Positions 58,513 to 64,000 of a DNA stretch of 64,000 nt are shown here, piece after piece. Origin of the DNA: Camelus dromedarius (taxonomy: Eukaryota); contig NC_087451.1 of assembly GCF_036321535.1 (NCBI RefSeq), forward strand, positions 18,538,001 through 18,602,000. Reading direction: 5' to 3'. The position numbers and the translations under genes were made by a program. Positions within the stretch are counted from its first letter, which is position 1. Every line of letters starts with the position of its first letter. Below the pieces are notes generated by a model. The model ran no database searches. It saw only the letters and a list, made by a program, of their open reading frames with translations, and was not told where the DNA came from.

Positions 58513-60272
58513 NNNNNNNNNNNNNNNNNNNNNNNNNNNNNNNNNNNNNNNNNNNNNNNNNNNNNNNNNNNNNNNNNNNNNNNNNNNNNNNNNNNNNNNN
58601 NNNNNNNNNNNNNNNNNNNNNNNNNNNNNNNNNNNNNNNNNNNNNNNNNNAAGACTTATATGCAGAGAACTATAAAACACTGATTAAGGAAATTAAAGAT
58701 GATTTAAAGAAATGAAAAGATATCTTACGCTCTTGGAAGAATGTCATTAAAAATGGCCATACTACCCAAAGCAATCTACAGATTTAATGTGATCCCTGTC
58801 AAATTGCCCAGGACATTTTTCACAGAACTAGAACAAATAATCCTAAAAATTATATAGAATCACAAAAGACCCAGAATTGCCAAAGTGATACTGAAGATGA
58901 AAAATGAAGCTGGAGGAATAACCCTCCCAAATTTCAGACAATACTACAGATCTACAATAATCAAAACAGCATTGGCACGAAAACAGACATATGGATCAAT
59001 GGACAGAATAGAGAGCCAAGAAATAAGCCCACATACCTACGGTCAATTACCTTTGACAAAGGAGGCAAGAATATACAAGGGAAAAAAGTCTCTTCAGAAA
59101 GTGGTGCTGGGAGAACTGGACAGCCGCATGTAAACCAATGAAGTTAGAACACTCCCTCACACCATACACAAAAGTAAACTCAAAATGGCTTAAAGACTTA
59201 AACATAAGACAAGACATTATAAATCATATAGGCAAAACATCCTCTGACATAAATTATAGCAATGTTCTCCTAGGGCAGGCTNNNNNNNNNNNNNNNNNNN
59301 NNNNNNNNNNNNNNNNNNNNNNNNNNNNNNNNNNNNNNNNNNNNNNNNNNNNNNNNNNNNNNNNNNNNNNNNNNNNNNNNNNNNNNNNNNNNNNNNNNNN
59401 NNNNNNNNNNNNNNNNNNNNNNNNNNGGTTTAAATTCTAGAATATACAAATAGCTCATACAACTCAATAATAACAAAAGACTATCCAATGAAAAAAATGG
59501 GCAGAAGACCTAAACAAACATTTCTCCAGTGAAGACATACAAATGGCCAGTTGGTGGGAATGTAGTTTGATGCAGTCATTAAGGAAAACCCTATGGAGAA
59601 TCCTTAAAAAACTAAAAACAGACTTACCCTATGATCCAGCAATCCCACTCCTAAGCATATATCCAGAGGAAATTCTAATTCAAAAAGATACATACACCTC
59701 AATGTTCATAGCAGTACTATTTACAATAGCCAAGACTTGGAAGCAACCTAAATGTCCATTGACAGATGACTGGATAAAGAAGTTGGGGGGGGGGGGTGTG
59801 CATGTGCGTGCGCACACACACACTGGAATACTACTCAGCCATAAAAAATAAAAATGTCATTTGCAGCAACATAGATGGAACTGGAGATCGTCATACAAAG
59901 TGAAGTAAGCTAGAAAGAGAAAGAAAAATACCATATGATATCACTTACATGTGGAATCTAAAAAAGGGAAACGAACTCATTTACAAAACAGAGAGACTCA
60001 CAGACATAGAAAACAAACTTATGGTTACCAGTGGGGAAAGGGTAGGGAGGGATAAACTGGGAATTTGGGTTTTGCAGATACTAACTATTGTATATAAAAT
60101 AAACAAGATCCTACTATACAGCACAGGGAACTATATTCAATACCTTGTAATAGCCTATAATGAAAAAGAATATGAAAAGGATATATATGTATGTATAACT
60201 GAATCACTATGCTGTACACCAGGAAAACAGCATTGTAAATTGACTATACTTCAGTTAAAAAAAAAAAAAAAA
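58513..60272 (+). mobile_element. 5'-truncated L1 (ORF2 3' third, 3' UTR, poly(A))
   Basis: Disrupted ORF2: [69 protein letters not shown]...[10 protein letters not shown]-run at 60257-60272; N-runs at 58513-58650 and 59282-59426. Confidence 0.92.
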
Positions 60273-63200
60273 GGTGTGTTTTGGCTTGACCTTGTGAAAA
60301 AATAATTGGTAGGAGCCAGAAAGGGTTCACAGTTCAGAAAAGGCCTGTCAGACTAGCCCTTCTGGGTTTCTGGATTGATGGCCGTGGAAACAGGGAACAC
60401 TTCACTGCAGCAAGTCTTCAGCATCTCACAGTTGTGGCCAGTGTAGAGAAAATGTTGCCTTAATATTAGAATAGTTAAACTATTCAAGCATTTAATAATC
60501 ATACCCAAAGGGTAACAGATCAGGGTTATCTTGGAGATGATTTCTTGGGCCGTGTTGCAGACCTTGCTCAGAATCCCCATACTAACTTGGATGTAGATCT
60601 GTTTACCAAATTTTCGTGGGCCACAAAGTTGGAAAGCTAGCATATATTTGGAATTATCTCACAAGGATTTCTAAAAAGCTGCAAGGTAGAACCACGTTCT
60701 GATCTCTATAAAATTCTATCTTTGGGCTCCTCAAGCAATTGTACAGGAGTGGAAGAAGTTGTGGCTTAGCAGAAAGAGGGGGATTCAGAGATGGGTGGGG
60801 GGGCCTGGAGCAGGTGATGAAACGGAGCCTGGGGACGAGGTTGGATGGGTTAGCGGAGGCTTGAAAAGCTGGATCCGGAGTTTGGGCTTCGCTCTCTAGG
60901 TGGCAAGGATCCCTTTAATGTTTAACCTGGAGGAGGAAGTGATCTGTTCTATTTTCCATCAGCCTTGGCAGCCTGTGGGGGAGAGCTGGAGCCAGGGAGA
61001 ATGGAGAGGCATTGAACACTGGTTTAGGTGGAGGACCATGAAGAGTGACTTTGGGCAGTGGTCCTGGGCAGGGATGGGGAGGTCTGGCTGCCTTTGACCT
61101 GCTTCTGGTAGTCGTGAATGGCTTCAGTTTTGGCGACCTTTGTCAAAGGCTGCCTGGGCCCTGTCTGGGAGCAATCTCTAAGCCCTTCTGCCTTTTCCTA
61201 GGAAGCAGATGACTCTTCTGCCGTCACTCAGTACCAGTGTCCTTACAGCTTACAACCCCCTAGAGATGGGGCTTTGAGAGGACAGCTAGCTAGAATTCAT
61301 AGATAATCCCCCAAACGGCAGGGCCTATAGCCAAGATAGGAATAGTTTGGGGTTTACTGAGTGCTTATGGTATAGCAGGCATTGGGGGAAATAATATATT
61401 ATTCTTTCTCTAAAGGAACTCCCAATCTGGCGATAATTAGAGCACTTTGAGTAGTTCCTCCAGGAAAGCGAGCAGCTGGATGTGTGGGGTTTGGAGCTCA
61501 GGAGAGGGACTGGGGCTGCAGAGAGGTTTGGGAGAGGGCAGGTATCCCAGGGAACATGATTGAAGTGGAAAAAGTGGGCTGAGTATGGGACTCAGAGAAC
61601 ACCAACATTTTAGGGGCAACAGAAGCCTTTACAGGAGAGTGAAGGGGGGAGAGCAGGATTCTGCATGGAGAGGGGCAGAGAGACAGTGGGGAAGTGAGGA
61701 CCACGGGCAGGCTCTGACCACCCCATCTCCATCCACAGCCTGCTCTGCTCCATTCCTGGTGTGATCTCTGCCTGGTTTGTCTGCTGGGGAGGGGCTGCTC
61801 CCCAGCCTCACAGATGGTTCCTGTCAAAACCTCCTGGGAGACACAGAGCTCCCCAGACAGATTGCAGGCCCTGGCCGCCTGTAACAGAGGCAGAGAGCTG
61901 ATGTTTTCAGACGTCCTGGCTAAAATCACAGCGCCCTGCTCATCTCCCATCACGACGCCCTTATCCTGCTCCTCAGCCCCCGCTCCCCCACCCCAATTTG
62001 TAGCACTTACCACCACCTAACGTATACTATTTAGTATGAATTTACTTGGAGTTTGTCATCTCCCAATAGAAGGTAAGCACCATCAAAGCAGACTTTGTTG
62101 TGTTTTGGTTTGTCCACTGCTGTATCTTCAGTCCCTAATTCCTGGTTTGAGGTGGGGGCTCAGTAAACCTTGAATGAATGAACCCATGACTGAGTGAATG
62201 AGTAACTGAGGAGGAATCCCTGCTGGGCCTGGGAGGTGTCACAAAGATGGGTAACTGTGGTCCCTCTCCGTCCCTTCCGGAGCCGAAAGTGGGGGACGAG
62301 CAAGCCTCACCCACAACTTGATAAGCTCTTCGAGACCAGGGTTGAGGCGGCCTCTCCAACTAACAGGTGTCTGCAGACACCGAGCTCACGGGGTTTGTCC
62401 TGTCTGGCTGAGGTCACCACGCTGTTCTTCCCTCAGCCGTCTGAAGAGGTCACCCTGCGTTCATCTCACCTGGAGACTGTCCCAGCCCCTGTTAGAAGGC
62501 CGAAGGCGACAACAAAGAACGGGCTGGGGCTGTCGGCGCCCTGGAGCTGTGCTGTCCCCACCCCTCTGCTCCTCAAAGAGACCTTTCTCGGGGCAGCAAT
62601 CAGAGCATAGATCCTGTGGACCCCCAGGGGCAGCTCCCTGTCCTGTCTCCCAGGGGTCACGCTGATCTCCAGCCCACGTGCCTGGTTGCCGCTCCCACTA
62701 TCCGTCTCCACCTGAAGGGGTCCAGGTGAATCCGTATCCAAACGTGTGTGTGCAGCCTCGCTGCCACCTACACACGCTCGGCCGCAGCGCCCTCTGGGTG
62801 GGGCCCGTGCGCTGGGCGATCTTTTCTCCCTGTGGTTCCCAGCAAAATGCTTGGTCTGGAGGAATTATTAGTAAATAGTAAGTGGATCCTGTGTGTGATC
62901 CAGAGTCTGAAAGGAAGCTGCCTGCTTTCAGTGCTTCATGATTATCCTCAGTCTCCCTAATCTCACGCTGCTCTGATGTTTCTCAGTACATGAACCCATT
63001 GCTCCAAATTTCCTCACCTCTCTGGCCCTCTGTCTCGCGAGCTCCCATGTGGTAGCAGAGCACTTAAGCCACAGGTTAGGGTCTCAAACACCAAGACTCA
63101 ACACCTCTTTCCACATGGATCATTTCCGTTCTTCTCACCCAGCTTGGAGGTTACTAGCTTTTATTTGTCATATTCCACATACTTCCTCTGTTTCTCCCTC

Positions 63201-63814
63201 CATCCATCGAGCCACGCACGCACTCATCACTTCCACAATGTGCGGTAGGACGGCTGTAACGTACTTTCTGGGGGCCACACATGATGCTAAGTGCTGGTGG
63301 GAACCCCAGTGAGAACTACCCAGTCACTATCTCCAAGGATTTCTCAGGCTCCTGGGGAAGAGGAAGCTAAATAGCAGAAGGCCAGGAAGTGGGTTTGTTA
63401 GGTAGTTACAGAGGATGGTGGGAGCCCCCAAGAGAGCTGTTAGGTACAGAGCGGGCAGGCATAGGAGGGAGACAAAAGGATACAGGGCTTTGGAGAGCAG
63501 TGCCTGTTGTCTGGGGGACAGGCATTCTGGACAGAAGGTTGGGGAACTCCACCAAACCTAAGTGATTGGAATCAAGAAGGAGGACATTTTACATTAAAAT
63601 TTAAAAAAAGTTTTCAAATCTTTAGAAAGGTTAACAGAATAACAGTACAACAGACACCCATGCACCTTTTATTAGATGAATCAGATACTGATACATGACA
63701 TGGTTCTAACACCTCTGCTAACTCCTGCTTAGTTGTTAAAGCACCAGATGCTAGAATCAGTATTTACTTCTTCCTTTCTCACCACAACCCAAGTGCCCAT
63801 CAACAGATGATTGG

Positions 63815-64000
63815 CTTAAGACGGAACATTACTCAGCCATAAAAGAATGAAATACTGCCGTCTGCAGTAATGAACAGACCTAGAGAACATTATACTTAGT
63901 GAAGTCAAAGAAATACTATATATCACTTATATGTGAAATCTAAAAATAATACAAATGAATCTATATACAAATTAAAACAGGCTCACAGACATAGAAAACA
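63815..64000 (+). mobile_element. L1 3' region running off the window end
   Basis: tactcagccataaaagaatgaaatactgcc...gacctagagaacattatacttagtgaag...tgtgaaatctaaaa. Confidence 0.8.

Noticed and set aside
60350-60720. Coding-looking block; the + frame DLFTKFSWA faintly recalls a retroviral/Polinton integrase motif
   Set aside because: The match is about 9 residues, spacing to the upstream motif is wrong and stops flank it. Only a tBLASTn or HMM search could rescue it.
62366-62381. Perfect 16-bp palindrome GGTGTCTGCAGACACC
   Set aside because: About one such palindrome is expected by chance in 64 kb (64000/4^8 is about 1).
1-64000. CRISPR arrays, rRNA genes, prokaryotic or viral operon-like systems
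   Set aside because: There are no regularly spaced repeat-spacer arrays, rRNA-like segments or compact intronless gene clusters; the window is explained by five spliced mammalian genes plus interspersed repeats.

Overview
Mammalian genomic DNA, most likely a camelid: it carries a Vic-1-like tRNA-derived SINE and camelid-type L1 3' ends (inference from recalled consensus sequences). The window is the conserved block syntenic to human 17p13.2, here in reverse orientation. It holds five complete protein-coding genes, which I reconstructed exon by exon with GT-AG junctions and consistent phases: ZMYND15 (-, 13 coding exons, 733 aa), CXCL16 (+, 5 coding exons, 255 aa), MED11 (-, 3 exons, 117 aa), ARRB2 (-, 15 exons, about 409 aa; exon 5 mostly under an N-run) and PELP1 (+, 17 exons, about 1138 aa; part of the Glu-rich tract under an N-run). 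The rest is introns and intergenic DNA with L1, L2, MIR, HAL1-like and DNA-transposon remnants. I did not find a new biological system. The most interesting observations are small-scale. (1) A 64-nt piece of ARRB2 intron 1 is copied into a MIR with microhomology junctions. (2) A TSD-flanked L1 in PELP1 intron 5 keeps both ends but joins its 5' UTR directly to post-endonuclease ORF2. (3) The poly(A) signals of convergent CXCL16 and MED11 sit back to back. (4) ARRB2 has in-frame alternative splice sites. (5) PELP1 has an out-of-frame upstream ATG where human has an annotated N-terminal extension. All comparisons to other species and repeat consensuses are from memory, not from database searches.
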